A stretch of 63,770 nucleotides of DNA, filler included, from Piptocephalis cylindrospora (GCA_003614145.1; 3 parts of 3 records of this genome joined end to end with filler, not necessarily neighbours in it), one strand, 5' to 3'; numbered from the whole stretch's first letter, positions 13,684-25,758 are shown. Notes: generated by a model from the sequence alone, not told the origin. Translations and numbers: made by a program.

Positions 13684-14853
13684 CTATGGAAGGAGGCGTC
13701 GGTCAATCCAGTCCTTCAGAATGTCATTCATGGCCATTTGGGTGAATCGGGGATACTCATAGACAAACCCGGTCTCCCGGGTAATTCGGGTCCCGTCCAT
13801 CCCCAACGCGAAGCGGATAACTTGCTCGGAATAAATGTACGGTATAAAGGGGGAATGATCCACCCCGGCCTCCCTGAGCATCTGGGTCCATACCCCGTGA
13901 TATCGGGTGTTAACAGCTTCCCTGATGCTCTTGATACGTAAGGCACTAAGCATACACGCCCGTACCCACTTGGTCGGATGATTCGGCGTAGCATGACAGG
14001 CGTTTCCGCACGTGATAAATGTATCTCCCAGCCGGGTGTCACTCTCGTCGGCCAGGTGAAAGAGATCCACATCCATCTCATCGGGCCCAGTGATCGCTTG
14101 CCGCCCTCCTCCGGTATAGACCTTGCCCTCCCCAAACACACATCTCGACTTCCATTGACACACATGCCAGGTGGCGCGGGCGATATCATGAACCTGCACG
14201 GTATTCATCTTGGATAGGGGATGGGAAAACGTGTTGAGGGGATCCCCGAGATACGAGCAAATTCGGAAAAAGGGGATGTTACAGGCGATCCCAAAAGTGA
14301 TATCAGTCCCGTACAGCTCAGCATACCGAAGGATCACCACAGGCAGCCCCGGTATCCTTACCGCCTTCTCCGCATCCACTACACTAGGCCCTCGGATGAA
14401 ACTCGGTCGCGGTTCCCTGAGATCCTCCTCCTTGCTCAGCCCCATCGAAGCGTCATAGCGAAATCCCATACCGTAGGAAAGGTGGATGAAGGCTCGACAC
14501 CCCCGGGCCCGAGCTTCTCGGGCGGTCAGCTCGGCCACACGCGTAATCCTTCGACGGTACTGTCCATCCGTCAGTGCATACTCCATTTCCGTGCAAGCAT
14601 TGATGACGAAATCCCATCCCTGTCCGTCCGTCCGATCAAAGGCCCGTCGCACTTTTCCCTCATCTCCAAGATCCATTTGTTCGAACCTTACCAGATCTAA
14701 GAGCTTCCGGTGACGGGAGGAGAGGTGCGCCGTCTCTGGATGCTTGAAATCCAGCACCAGGATGTCATTTGATACCCCTTGGTCCACGAGGTGGGCGAGA
14801 ACGTGTCGCCCTACCTCTTGGATCCCACCAAAAAGCAAGATACGTGGTCCCAT
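13684..14853 (-). CDS. NAD-dependent epimerase/dehydratase (extended SDR fold), degenerate; tandem paralog A
   Basis: Intronless 389-aa ORF with a Rossmann beta1-alpha1 start (ILLFGGIQEVGRHV), WDFVINA, VVILRYAELYG and NTVQVHDIARA. Confidence 0.8.
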   Translation of the reverse strand: MGPRILLFGGIQEVGRHVLAHLVDQGVSNDILVLDFKHPETAHLSSRHRKLLDLVRFEQMDLGDEGKVRRAFDRTDGQGWDFVINACTEMEYALTDGQYRRRITRVAELTAREARARGCRAFIHLSYGMGFRYDASMGLSKEEDLREPRPSFIRGPSVVDAEKAVRIPGLPVVILRYAELYGTDITFGIACNIPFFRICSYLGDPLNTFSHPLSKMNTVQVHDIARATWHVCQWKSRCVFGEGKVYTGGGRQAITGPDEMDVDLFHLADESDTRLGDTFITCGNACHATPNHPTKWVRACMLSALRIKSIREAVNTRYHGVWTQMLREAGVDHSPFIPYIYSEQVIRFALGMDGTRITRETGFVYEYPRFTQMAMNDILKDWIDRRLLP

Positions 14854-15588
14854 GGCGGCGGTTGGAGATATAAGCGAGCGAGAGGGAGAGGGAAGGAGAA
14901 AAGAAGCAAATTAGACCAAGCCAACTTGCAGGCTTCGGATCATGGAGAATAATGTTATTTGCCCCTAGTACTCAATACACCGACGATCCTGGCTTGTCTC
15001 TTGCCTGGATGGCTGCTTTAAAATGATCCGCACTGCGGAAGAGGGAGGCCAAGGTGACAGTCCCACCCTCCTCTCCCTATCTTTCTCCTCCTATCCCAAT
15101 GATACTGACCCGTTGAATTCAGAGCCCTATACGCCGCTCCATTCAGCATAGCCTCCGGAAACTCCGTCGGCTATGAGCATAGGCTACTTGGAGCAGTTAT
15201 GCATGTACAGAGCTCATCTGAGACGCCTTAACACTTACTGTGTAGCCTTCAGCTCAATATCTTTACCCGTAAGGGTCACTGGATTGGCTAGTAACTTGAG
15301 CTAGATACCGACAAATGAAATCTTCCACCAGTCCGCAAGGCCATGTCAACAATGCATCCTCCTTAGCCCATAGAGCCAGAATAGAGCTTGACACAATGTA
15401 TAACCCTTTGTGACTTGCAGAATATCCCGGACCAGATGCTTTGTGCCCTTGCACCAACCGTGTCCTCCCTGTAAATACAAATAGAAATAGAACGATATTT
15501 ACCCTCATCAGAATCTCTCTCGACCCGATACTAGTATAGAAAAGTACATACACCGCCAAATATACTTATATACCCCCATCCCCCCCCC

Positions 15589-16752
15589 CTATGGAAGGAG
15601 ACCTCGCCTGATCCAGCCATCCACAACGTCGCTGATAGCAGCTTGGGTAAGACGGGGAAAGGCATAGGCGAATCCTGTCTGCCTGGAGAACAAGGACCCC
15701 TCCATACCAAGCGTGAAGTGATGAAGAAGCTCGGGGTGAATGTAAGGTATAAAGGGGGATCGGTGCACATTATTTTCCTCTAGCATCCTCATCCAAGCAG
15801 TGTTGTGTCGGGTATTGACGGCCTCGCGTATCTTATTCAGACGTAATGCTGAGAGCATGCATGCGCGAAAGCATCGACCAGAGTAATTGGTTGAGGATCC
15901 ACACGCATTGCCCAAGTACTCGCTGATGGTTCCCATTCGGCTATCCCCATCATCGGCCAGGTGGAAGATGCTTACATCTTGAGTTACTGGATCCAAGATA
16001 TCCTTTCTTTCTTCAGTCTCTACCCCTTCTTGCTCAAGATCTCCCGATTTCCACAAACACGCGTGCCATGTCGCTCGTGCCACATCTTGCACATGCACCG
16101 TGCTCATCCGACCCTGAGGGTCAGCAAAGCTATTGAGCACATCTCCGAGCTGGGCATAGATCCTATAGAAAGGGATATTGAAGGCGAGGCCAAAGGTAAG
16201 GTCCGGTCCATACACCTCCGCGTACCGAAGGATCACTACGGGCAACCCGGGGATCTGCACCACCCGTTCCGCCTCGAGGATGCTTTGTCCCCGGATAAAG
16301 TGAGGCCGAGATTCCGTAAAGTCCTTCTCCACCGCTAGACCCATCGAAGACGCGTACCGGAAGGCAATTCCATAGGACAATTGGATAAAGGCTCGACATC
16401 CTCGGGCCTTGGCTTCTCGTGAAGTCAATTCAGCGACCCGCATAATCCTCTGGCAATATGATTTTTCCGTCAGTTGATACTCGCCCTCAAACGAAGCATT
16501 AATGACAAAGTCCCATCCTTGACCATCCCTTCGTTCGAAAGCTCGTTGCACCGTCGTCGCACATCCGAGATCCATTTGTCGAAAATCCACTTGTTTCAGG
16601 AGCTTTCGGTGGTGACGAGAGAGGTAGGCGGTATCCGGGTGCTCATAGTCCAGTACTCGAATATCTTCTGATAGCCCGCTCTCTAAAATATATGCCATAA
16701 TGTGTCGGCCCAACTGTTGGATACCCCCAAAGAGTAAGACGGATGGACCCAT
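15589..16752 (-). CDS. NAD-dependent epimerase/dehydratase (extended SDR fold), degenerate; tandem paralog B
   Basis: Start placed at MGPSVLLFGG (ATG 16752) by alignment with paralog A. The two are collinear over the full length and both end in R(R/G)LLP. Confidence 0.8.
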   Translation of the reverse strand: MGPSVLLFGGIQQLGRHIMAYILESGLSEDIRVLDYEHPDTAYLSRHHRKLLKQVDFRQMDLGCATTVQRAFERRDGQGWDFVINASFEGEYQLTEKSYCQRIMRVAELTSREAKARGCRAFIQLSYGIAFRYASSMGLAVEKDFTESRPHFIRGQSILEAERVVQIPGLPVVILRYAEVYGPDLTFGLAFNIPFYRIYAQLGDVLNSFADPQGRMSTVHVQDVARATWHACLWKSGDLEQEGVETEERKDILDPVTQDVSIFHLADDGDSRMGTISEYLGNACGSSTNYSGRCFRACMLSALRLNKIREAVNTRHNTAWMRMLEENNVHRSPFIPYIHPELLHHFTLGMEGSLFSRQTGFAYAFPRLTQAAISDVVDGWIRRGLLP

Positions 16753-18523
16753 TCTCGTTTCAGAGGGAGAGTGTAGATGGGGGATGGGGAGAGGAAGATA
16801 GAGGTAATTAAGGGGATAGAGGGAACCAAAGGAGACAGGTACTGGGTATTTAGGAAGAAGAGAGTGGGAATCGTCTAGGGCAAGCAAAGGGGAACCCTGG
16901 GCTGAATTGACTGTAAAGTCACCAGGTTCCCCTGTTGAATGGGGGGTTTTCGTTAGTCGTCAAACTAATCGAACCAACCTGGTGTTGTCCCTTCCAATGG
17001 CCAAAAGAGGGTCAAGTGGGGAGTGATGAGCCGTGTTCGGAAGCAAAAAGATGACCTTGCTGGCCATTTGATCCAAGTCTGCCCATACTCCCACCTTTCT
17101 ATGGCAGAACCCTACAGGGTAATCTCACCTCTATCTGGGCGGAGTTGACGCCCAATGAAGCAAGCCATTGCCTTCTATCCCGTCAACTCCGATGGGCTAT
17201 AGATGAACTTACCGATCCAAGGGCAGGTCGCAAAGTCTGATTGATAGGTCCACTATCCTGGCTGAGTCCTCTCGTGTAAACCGCTTACTCTCACACATTA
17301 AGTCACCTTGACCGTAAATCATGAGTCAGTTTCCCTACTGAAATCTATTGTCCTATGGGAAATGGCCCATCTAAAGGACATCTCTGGGAGGGGGGGGAAG
17401 GCAGGTGACAACAGTAGGGGCTCTGACGGAAGAAAGATGTGCTTTAGCACGACAGAGCCTGATATAAGAAAAGCAGGCGTGTGTCCCAAAAACCGAGCCC
17501 ATGCATACCCCCTCCCTCCATCCAGGATCGATTAAAGCCATACCCTCACCCAGTCTTAAAGAGAGAAAGGAGCCTTTATTATCAAAAACCAAGTGTAGAG
17601 ATGAAGTGAGGCAGCAGGCGGGAAAGGGTGATAAGTGAATATGCGTGAGTGTTTAATAGGCCGACAGCACGCTTCATCCGCAATGCAGTGATGAGGCATC
17701 CGCGCTGTTTCAAGCCCAGCCAAGAAAACAAAAGGCGAAAGTCGGGGTCTGGGAGGAAGCATTGTTTATACAGTGTGGGATGAGGGAGTGATGGGTGTCT
17801 AGAGCTTTTGAAGAGTAAATTAATCAAGGAATGACTTGGGGGATATTCTAGTAGATAATAAGCATTTTCACACTGAGGACTCACCAATAGAAAGATATTG
17901 TGTATATCGGTTCAAAGGAAATCCCAAGTTACTCGATGAGCGGCAAAGTAGTGAAAGGTTGAGGACGACCCCGAAAACTAGATCACCCAATCGAGCTTTT
18001 CTTGGATGATTGCCCAGGAACGGATACTGGTGTCCTTTTTTGCATTATCTCAAAAACCTTCAAAAACACCAACTTATATATCGTAGTGACCGGTCCTCTT
18101 CCTAGTCATCAGCCATTCAACCTCCACATCAAGGACCGCAATGATATTATCAAAATAGCTCATGAGAATGAAGCGTATTGGTTCGAGAAGCGTTAATTGA
18201 CCAGAAAGATGGGTGTTGTTACACTCGGAAACCCTATATCCGTAGCAATAAAGAGGGTACTGTTATGAGAGCAACCGTATCAGTATATGGATGCTCAATA
18301 TCCCTATAGTGAATATGTACTGCCATTATTGGATATTCTACTGGCGCCAGCGTAACTCCATAAATAGATATGTCCATCACTCATCCATATGCATCCAAAC
18401 TCAGTGAAATAAAGCTCATTGACTAGCAACCCAGGATACAACGAGAATCTGCTCTTACGAAAACCAAGAAAGACGGTTAATTTTACGAATCTATTTTGGT
18501 CAAGATTCCTGAAAAATGCTCGA

Positions 18524-18793
18524 TCAGTCGGAGGTAATACCCAGCTCGTCCCGGACCGACTGGTAGCTGGGATCGTGGAGCCATTTATCGAGCGTCTTGC
18601 TGTCATAGCATTTGTTATCATGCTTCCAGCATGTGTTGCCCTCGCTGCAGCCACCATCACTGTCACATGGGCCGGCTGACCCATCATTCTAGTTGCCGTA
18701 CGACCCACCTTCGCCCTCAGGAGCACGAGCAGCAGTCACGATCAATGGCATCGCCAGCATGACGGAGAGGCACAGGATGGATACAAGCTTCAT
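18524..18793 (-). pseudogene. Small secreted Cys-rich protein gene (89 codons) with an in-frame TAG at codon 35; pseudogene or recoded gene
   Basis: Translation: MKLVSILCLSVMLAMPLIVTAARAPEGEGGSYGN*NDGSAGPCDSDGGCSEGNTCWKHDNKCYDSKTLDKWLHDPSYQSVRDELGITSD-stop. It has a signal peptide, and a 4-Cys module lies in the same frame after the TAG (18691-18689). Confidence 0.7.
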
Positions 18794-20165
18794 AATGAAG
18801 AGGCGGTGATGGGAGAAGAAATAGTCGCTCAGCGAGGAAAGTGAAGGGAGAGATTCAACCTCAGCCCTAAATTTCCTTCTCCGATTCAAGGGTCTCTATA
18901 GTGTATTGTTTCACATCTCTAATCATCCTTTGTTTAGAAACCCCCCAACAAAAGATGCTTTTAATGGGGCAACAGTCTATCATCTATTCACTCTCTTCCA
19001 CTCGCCAAGTCGCTCTGGACGTAAACTGGAGCCCTATGACCATAGTATCCATCCATTGGTTCTGTCATGCTTCAAGAATCTTGGCATGGGAATGGATAGG
19101 GGTACTGAATACAAATTACCATTCAATTACCACTACTCTTTCCTGGTCCTTGGCACGCCTTCCCACGGAACCAATAATATTTTCCTTGCCCTGAATGTAA
19201 GGTCCCTCTTTTACTCATCCCATTTACTCTTGAGAGCTGACTTGCACAGCGCCTGTTCCATCATCCACCACGAAATAGCTACCAGGTTAAGTTGGCTGAG
19301 AGGAGGGAGCTCCAATACATGATACTAAATACAGCATACCAAAAAAGCGTTACAATATCATGCGTTGGTCTATGCAGTGATAGATAGCTAATCATTTACC
19401 TAAAAAAGTGGTTCAGTGAATGATTTTCACTTTGATTTTTGTTATAAAACTGATGTAAACTCATGATCTTTGGATATAATGGGTATTGAGTTTCCTTGAT
19501 GAAGAGAGGGAGAAGATACCAGCATTAGCGGCTGCGGCACGGCATAAGAGGGAAGAAAAAAAAGGGTTGGAGACAAGAGAAAGGCGCAAGAGAGAGAGGA
19601 AAAAGGAAAAGCCCTCGCTCTGCCTGCTCATCTAGTGCCCATCCCACCCACCTTACCTCTTCTGTATCCTCCCCTCTACCTCTCTGGCTCTAATAAGGGC
19701 ATTGGTGTGCCTCTCTGGTCTAGTGTGGGATGCTTACCCCCACACTCCCGATAACTAGACCATCTATCCGCTCACTCATTCACAGTATCAGATTCAACTA
19801 TTTACTCTTCAGATAAACGCGTTTACCTTTACACCGAGACCCCTAAAAAAGGGAGTCCAGAACCTCGATGTGTTATTTATCCTCCTGGTGATTATTCTTA
19901 TCTAATCTAAGTAATATCTCCTTAATTTATAAGTATTATATTTGAATTATTCCTGCAGACAGCTTTATTTTTTCTTTAGAAAAACATACCTTAAATGCCA
20001 TCAGTTACTTCCCCGCTCAGTCCCACACACCAGCGTTGCCAATACAGGAGGTTACATAGATTTGATGACCTTATTCAATCTGGATATATCCCAGCTTGAC
20101 CTCGGATATGCACTTTTGAATCAGAACCTACGTTTCCAATCACCCCTTATCCCCCGTCTCCTGTC

Positions 20166-20780
20166 ATGTCACTATTCCGTTGGGCTCAACCGGTCTTTTC
20201 CCCGCTGAAACGTCTTTCGACTCGTCCTCTATCCAAATCCGTGGCTCCGGCACCCAAAGTAGCCGTTGCCGCGTTTGTACGTCGTCGGTCCGATGGCAAG
20301 ATCTTGGTGGGGAAGCGCAAAAATGTGGCCGGGGCCGGATATTGGGCCTTGGCTGGTGGCCACGTCGAGTACGGAGAGACCCTAGAGGAGGCGACGATCC
20401 GGGAAATCCAGGAAGAAACAGGTCTTGCCGTTCATCCCCCCACCATTCTCTCTGTCAAGACTTCTTTGGGATATCTGGCCCCGCCCCCCTCCGCTACCAC
20501 GGAGACAGAGGAGGGGGAGCGGAAACGCCTGGAAAAGGACAGGCGTGTCCCAGATTATCATTTCGTCGTCGTTCTTACTGAGGCCTTCTGTATCGAGGAT
20601 GATCCCCAGGTCCAAAATCTAGAGCCAGAAAAGTGCCATGGATGGGTCTGGACCACTTGGGAAGAGGTGAAAGATCCCATGTCCCCCTATCAGCCTCTCT
20701 TCTCCGCCCTTGGCCAGGCCGCTAATGATCCTTTCTTTTCCTTGTCTACTCTCACAAGGCCAAAAAACGATGTGTCCTAG
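20166..20780 (+). CDS. Nudix hydrolase (NUDT15/AtNUDT1-like), possible mitochondrial presequence
   Basis: Nudix box GGHVEYGETLEEATIREIQEETGL and the NLEPEKCHGWVW motif; Arg/Ser-rich N-terminus lacking acidic residues. Confidence 0.9.
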   Translation: MSLFRWAQPVFSPLKRLSTRPLSKSVAPAPKVAVAAFVRRRSDGKILVGKRKNVAGAGYWALAGGHVEYGETLEEATIREIQEETGLAVHPPTILSVKTSLGYLAPPPSATTETEEGERKRLEKDRRVPDYHFVVVLTEAFCIEDDPQVQNLEPEKCHGWVWTTWEEVKDPMSPYQPLFSALGQAANDPFFSLSTLTRPKNDVS

Positions 20781-20874
20781 GGTAGTTGGGTGAACAGGAA
20801 AGACTGATAATAAAGGCACGGTGTATATGAACCATCCCCGTCTCTCGCCCCATCTCTCATCCCATCCCCAGCGT

Positions 20875-22007
20875 TCACTCCTCCATAGCTACATCTTCGC
20901 TACTAGCCAAAGTCAGGGGAGAAGCCTTCCACAAGCTGGTATTCCACTTGGGGAAAATTCGCTTATAGAGGTTCATACAGATAGTATCATGCTGTTTGAT
21001 GGGTCCATCAAATTGAACCTTCATATACCCATGGGTCCCGAGAGGCTCCTTGATGTGACCAACCTTGCCAAATTTGGTGGTGACCTTGACAGGCTTGAAC
21101 CATTCAATGTCCTCTCGGGAGAAGAACATGTACCGGACTACGGCAGAACGAGTGTGGACCTTGAAGGGGTACCCGGTAAGAATGATGCGCTTCGCAACGA
21201 TCCGGGTGGGTTCCACGCTCAGGAGCTTCCCTGTGCCTACCAGGGCGAGACCCGAACCCTCACCGGCCCCAGGGCTCTCTCGGAAGAATGTGGTAGCCAT
21301 ACGACCAAAATGGACAGGACCGTAAATGGTGGCCACGGACACGGAGCCTGGGCGGAGGAATCGCTCAAACTTGTGTACGTTATTCCCGCCCCTCTGAGTG
21401 TGTTGGGAGTAGAGGGGTCCTACCGAGTACCTACGGAAGCCACATTGCATAACCAAGGGGTCCTGGAGGAGAGAAAGGGATTAGGATGAGTTGACATGGG
21501 GGACAAGACAGACTATCTAGCACATCACTATCTTACCTTGGACCTGACCGATTCGGTGAACTCAGTGTCGCGAGAGATGGTAAAGTTTAGCAAGGACATC
21601 TTGTTCTCGTACTGCAAAAGCCCAAAGACTAGGAAAGGTCTGGTAGGGACGTAAATTCCTTCCTCCACCACTTGACGCGGGACACGGGAAATGTGAAGGG
21701 TAATGGGGATGCCAATGGAAAGACCTTCCTCCTTGCCGTTTCGAAGGACGCGGGCCGCAGTACGGGACCAGTTCTCAAACTGAAAAATCCTAGCATAATC
21801 CATCGGCAGGTTCTCATAAGGGTCCCAGGGGCTCTGACGGAATGATTCGAGACCCCGGTACCTCTGGAAGCGAACACGGGCCGAGACATCCTGAGGAGTG
21901 TCCACCTCATCGGGGAACTCTAGGTCATCCTTATCCTCGCGCTGACGCATTTTCAGTTCCTTAAGGTACTCCTGCAATTGTCTAGCCTCCTCCTCCTCTC
22001 CGAGCAT
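20875..22007 (-). CDS. TSR1: 40S ribosome biogenesis factor TSR1, C-terminal part; 5' end lost in the gap
   Basis: FPDEVDTP, ARVRFQRYRGLESFRQSPWDPYENLP, IKEPLGTHGYMK and LYKRIFPKW; intron 21463-21536. Confidence 0.93.
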
Positions 22008-22107
22008 NNNNNNNNNNNNNNNNNNNNNNNNNNNNNNNNNNNNNNNNNNNNTTAATTAATTAANNNNNNNNNNNNNNNNNNNNNNNNNNNNNNNNNNNNN
22101 NNNNNNN
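22008..22107. other. Scaffold gap with artificial TTAATTAATTAA spacer
   Basis: 100-bp block of N with a six-frame-stop 12-mer at 22052-22063. Confidence 0.95.
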
Positions 22108-22108
22108 G

Positions 22109-22189
22109 TTTTTCGGCTGGGTCTTTTTCTTTAGCATTATCGCGTGGTGGGCCCTAGGGATGGTACGAGTACGGCGGATGATGGCTTAG
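22109..22189 (+). CDS. Possible 3' end of a membrane-protein gene cut by the gap
   Basis: An open frame from the gap edge reads FFGWVFFFSIIAWWALGMVRVRRMMA*, a TM-like helix with a basic tail. Confidence 0.35.
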   Translation, partial: FFGWVFFFSIIAWWALGMVRVRRMMA

Positions 22190-22866
22190 CAAGCTCATCC
22201 CCACCCAGAACCCCACTAGGGTCGTGTGATCATAATTCCCCTGCATGAAGGGAGAAGTGAAGGATGGAGGAATCATGGGTCCTCTTTACCTGTTGACCAA
22301 GAGAATTGGGCCCATGCTGTTGCTATATTACACTCCTTGAGTTTGAAATGACATGAATAGATATATGTTTCCCTTACTTTATGTTCCATTTCGTCCCTTG
22401 CTATTCTCCGAGATACACTCCTTTGCATATCCAGCTGCACACAAGGCCAATTCCTTTCCTTGGGATAAGATGCGAACTTCTAAGCTTGAAATCAAGTCCT
22501 GTTCAAATCAATCGGGAGCAGGTTACTTGGCATGTGCTGCTGGGAAGTGGCCAGAGTGTGGGCAACTGGGCTTTAAATTGGTCTGGGGGCAAGCAGGGGC
22601 GGAAATGATAAAGGTAGTGAGGACGACCCTGGTGCGGCAAATGGGAGGTCTCACAATATACAAATCCCACGGGGATGGTGACATCACATACTTGGGCCAG
22701 ACCGGACAGGATTCACTGTGGTGATACACATAGTCTTGCATCATTAAATAAAGGAGCATGGTGGGCCCGTCCAAACCACCGGTCACTCCCCAGACCACTT
22801 TAGCTTTCTTATATCCTTCTAGCCCTAGTCGTAACAGTAGTGCATCCGGATAAAAAACACTTCACC

Positions 22867-25073
22867 ATGCTACCATCATCCCAAGCCGTCGCCCGACAAA
22901 GTATCCTTGTGGGAAAGAGGGCTCTTTCAAGGACCTTTACTTCCCGTCTCTCTACAACGCCCCTGACTGCCCCCGAAGGGATCGTAGCCCATAGCTTGCA
23001 AAGGCTTCGGTCCAAGGGACTCTTGCGTGAATCGGCCTTTGTCCGTGGTCAGTGGGTTGAGACTTCCAAGACATTCGCTGTCAACGGTATGTAATACTTC
23101 TTGAGTGAGGAAACGCGTCGACACGATGGTGTCCCGGGATTTGGCACGCTCCAGGAAGAGTTACCGTCATGGGACCTTTGTCCTTTCCCCTCGTGTTAAA
23201 GATAAGGGTCACTCACGACTTCATTTCCTGGATTAGACCCTGGCACAGGTAAACCTCTAGCCCGAGTGCCTGATTTTACCGCAGAGGAGGCGGAATCCGC
23301 CATTGCAGGGGCACATGATGCCTTTTCCTCTTGGAGTACTACGCCGGCCGCCTTTCGTCAAGTTCGGCTTCGTCAGTGGTATGAGCTGATCCGACAGCAT
23401 GAACAGGACCTCGCCGAAATACTTGCTCTAGAGAATGGGAAGCCTCTTTCAGAGGTCAGTGGGTCTTTATTCACCCTTAACCTTATCTAGTACCCCCGAT
23501 CTGACACTGGTTCCACTCTAGGCCTTGGGGGAAGTTCGATATGGAGCTACTTTTATCGAATGGTTTTCCGCGGAAGCCGTAAGATCTTATGGAGATATCG
23601 TTCGGGGACCCAGTAAAGATAACCAGTATCTAGTTCAAAAGCGTCCAGTCGGTGTCTGCGGTATCTTGACCCCATGGAGTAAGCCTTTTGCTTGAGAGAG
23701 TGGAACGGGAGGCCATTTTAGCACACATACTTCACTTTTCTTGACTTAAACGGAAATCTATTACACCACCCTGTAGATTTTCCCAATGCGATGATTACGC
23801 GCAAGGTAAGCCCATAGCATGGGCATTTATATTTTTCACATTCTTCAATCCATTTATATGCACTCCTTCCGGATATTATTTACATCTAGGCTGGGGCTGC
23901 CCTCGCTGCCGGCTGCACTGTAGTCGTAAAACCAGGTGAGTCCTCCCGCCCTCCCTCCCTTCCCTTTATCTCGTTTCTATACTGTTTCAGAAAGAGGGAT
24001 TGTAGAACTCTGGGTTACCCAGGGAAATGGTGCCTTTCATAGAATCACCAATCCTAATCCCTTTGATCCATCTTAATGATAGCTTCGGAGACCCCGCTCT
24101 CTGCCCTGGCTTTGGCTAAATTAGCCAAAGAAGCAGGGATTCCCGACGGGGTCTTGAACATCATCACTACATCCCATGAAAATACCGCTGCCATTGGGAA
24201 GCGTTTTTGCTCGCATCCAACCCTTAGTAAGATTTCCTTTACAGGCTCAGTAAGTTTTTTTCCTCTCCACCTTTCACCAATGGAGGATGAGATGAAAAGA
24301 ACATTAAGACCAATCCATTTTACTTCATGCAGACTAGGGTTGGAAAGTTAATGATGGAGCAGAGCTCCTCATCCCTCAAGCGCCTCTCCCTAGAACTGGG
24401 AGGGAATGCTCCTTTGATCGTGTTTAAGGACGCAGATATTGATGTTGCCATCAATGGAACCATGGCGGCCAAATTCCGCAATGCAGGCCAGGCTTGCGTT
24501 AGTGCCAATCGGTTTTATGTACACAAGGACTTATTGCATGAGTATGTCCAGAAGTTAGGGAAACGCATGGACGAACTTTCTCTGGGACACTCTCTAGCCA
24601 AAGGCTCCTCTGTTGGCCCTCTGATCCATCCCCAGGCCGTGAAAAAGGTTTCAGCCCTCGTCGAGGATGCTATCGAGCATGGCGCGACCCTGGCCCGAGG
24701 TGGTGGACATGATGACCGATTTCACGATCCCACCATCCTAATCGGAGCGGGAAAAGAGGCCCGCATCCATAAAGAGGAGATATTTGGCCCTGTGGTCCAC
24801 ATTATCCCATTTACCAATGAGGACCAGGTGGTGGCGGAGGCCAACGCTAGCGATGTAGGCCTGGCTAGCTTCTTCTTCACCAAGGACCTGGCCCGTGCCT
24901 GGAGAGTGGCTGATGCCCTCCACGTCGGTATGGTTGGAGTCAATACCGGGGTGGTTAGCACAGCCGTCGCGCCTTTCGGTGGAGTCAAGGGCTCTGGGTA
25001 CGGCCGGGAAGGGTCCAAATACGGCTTGGATGAGTACCAGGAGAAGAAGTTTGTTCACATGGTCACTGGGTAA
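22867..25073 (+). CDS. UGA2: Mitochondrial succinate-semialdehyde dehydrogenase (ALDH5 family)
   Basis: Seven exons (22867-23086, 23237-23454, 23522-23678, 23777-23805, 23890-23935, 24083-24250, 24333-25073). Motifs TPWNFPNAMITRK, FTGST, LELGGNAP (catalytic Glu), FRNAGQACV (catalytic Cys), EEIFGP, PFGGVKGSGYGREGSKYG. Confidence 0.9.
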
Positions 25074-25758
25074 GCAACAGGGCAATAGAGCATATTTGGA
25101 TATTTGAAGAACTATGGGAATAAGGTATATGGATGTTTCGCGGTCGAAGCTCGTCCCTTCGCCTTTGCTTTTATCATCAGTCCATGCAGGTAAATTATGA
25201 AGAGTTTAGTACTCAGAATAGATATACACTAGACTGCAAGCGCCTATATGTCCTTAACCCTGCCACCTTACTCGTCATCGCATTATCAAATGACCTCTTT
25301 CTATATCACATGATGGTTTTTGAACAATAGACGGATAGACTATTCACTAGGGTTCATTTGAATCAGCAGCTTATATCACGGTTTACATTTCCCCTGTCAG
25401 AACAGGTTCTGGTAAACGGATCAGCCGAATTAGGAAATCTGAACTCCACTTTGTCTATTCATCAACTCTGTCACGCATTCGCAATACCCTGTCTTCTCCG
25501 ATTCCCTGTTAGATTCAATGCCTCCAAGGCCTTGCCCATAATGGGACCCTTCTCCCTTGGAACACCATAAGTGATCAGTGGCCAGCTGGCTTGTTGCGTT
25601 GTAGGATCCTGAGTCCGCCACTGTCATGATCTACGCTCGTTAAATCAATAGAGGATGCATCATTGAACATCAGGTATATTAACCTACCCCATTCCATCCG
25701 TCCGACACCTGCTCCCGCCCATCCTAATCATCCGATATTCACTCTTTCCTCTCCCGCC

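Noticed and set aside
18689..18691. UAG codon reassignment or selenocysteine/pyrrolysine as the explanation for the in-frame stop
   Set aside because: RIM15, both SDRs, the Nudix gene, RPL14 and COX20 end normally at TAG. The codon is not UGA and I saw no SECIS.
19717..19760. Hairpin GGTCTAGT/ACTAGACC with GTGGG/CCCAC in intergenic DNA
   Set aside because: Isolated, with no convincing box motifs or second copy.
22052..22063. TTAATTAATTAA palindromic motif (also 44122-44133)
   Set aside because: It is centred in N runs and identical in both gaps; it is an artificial six-frame stop linker.
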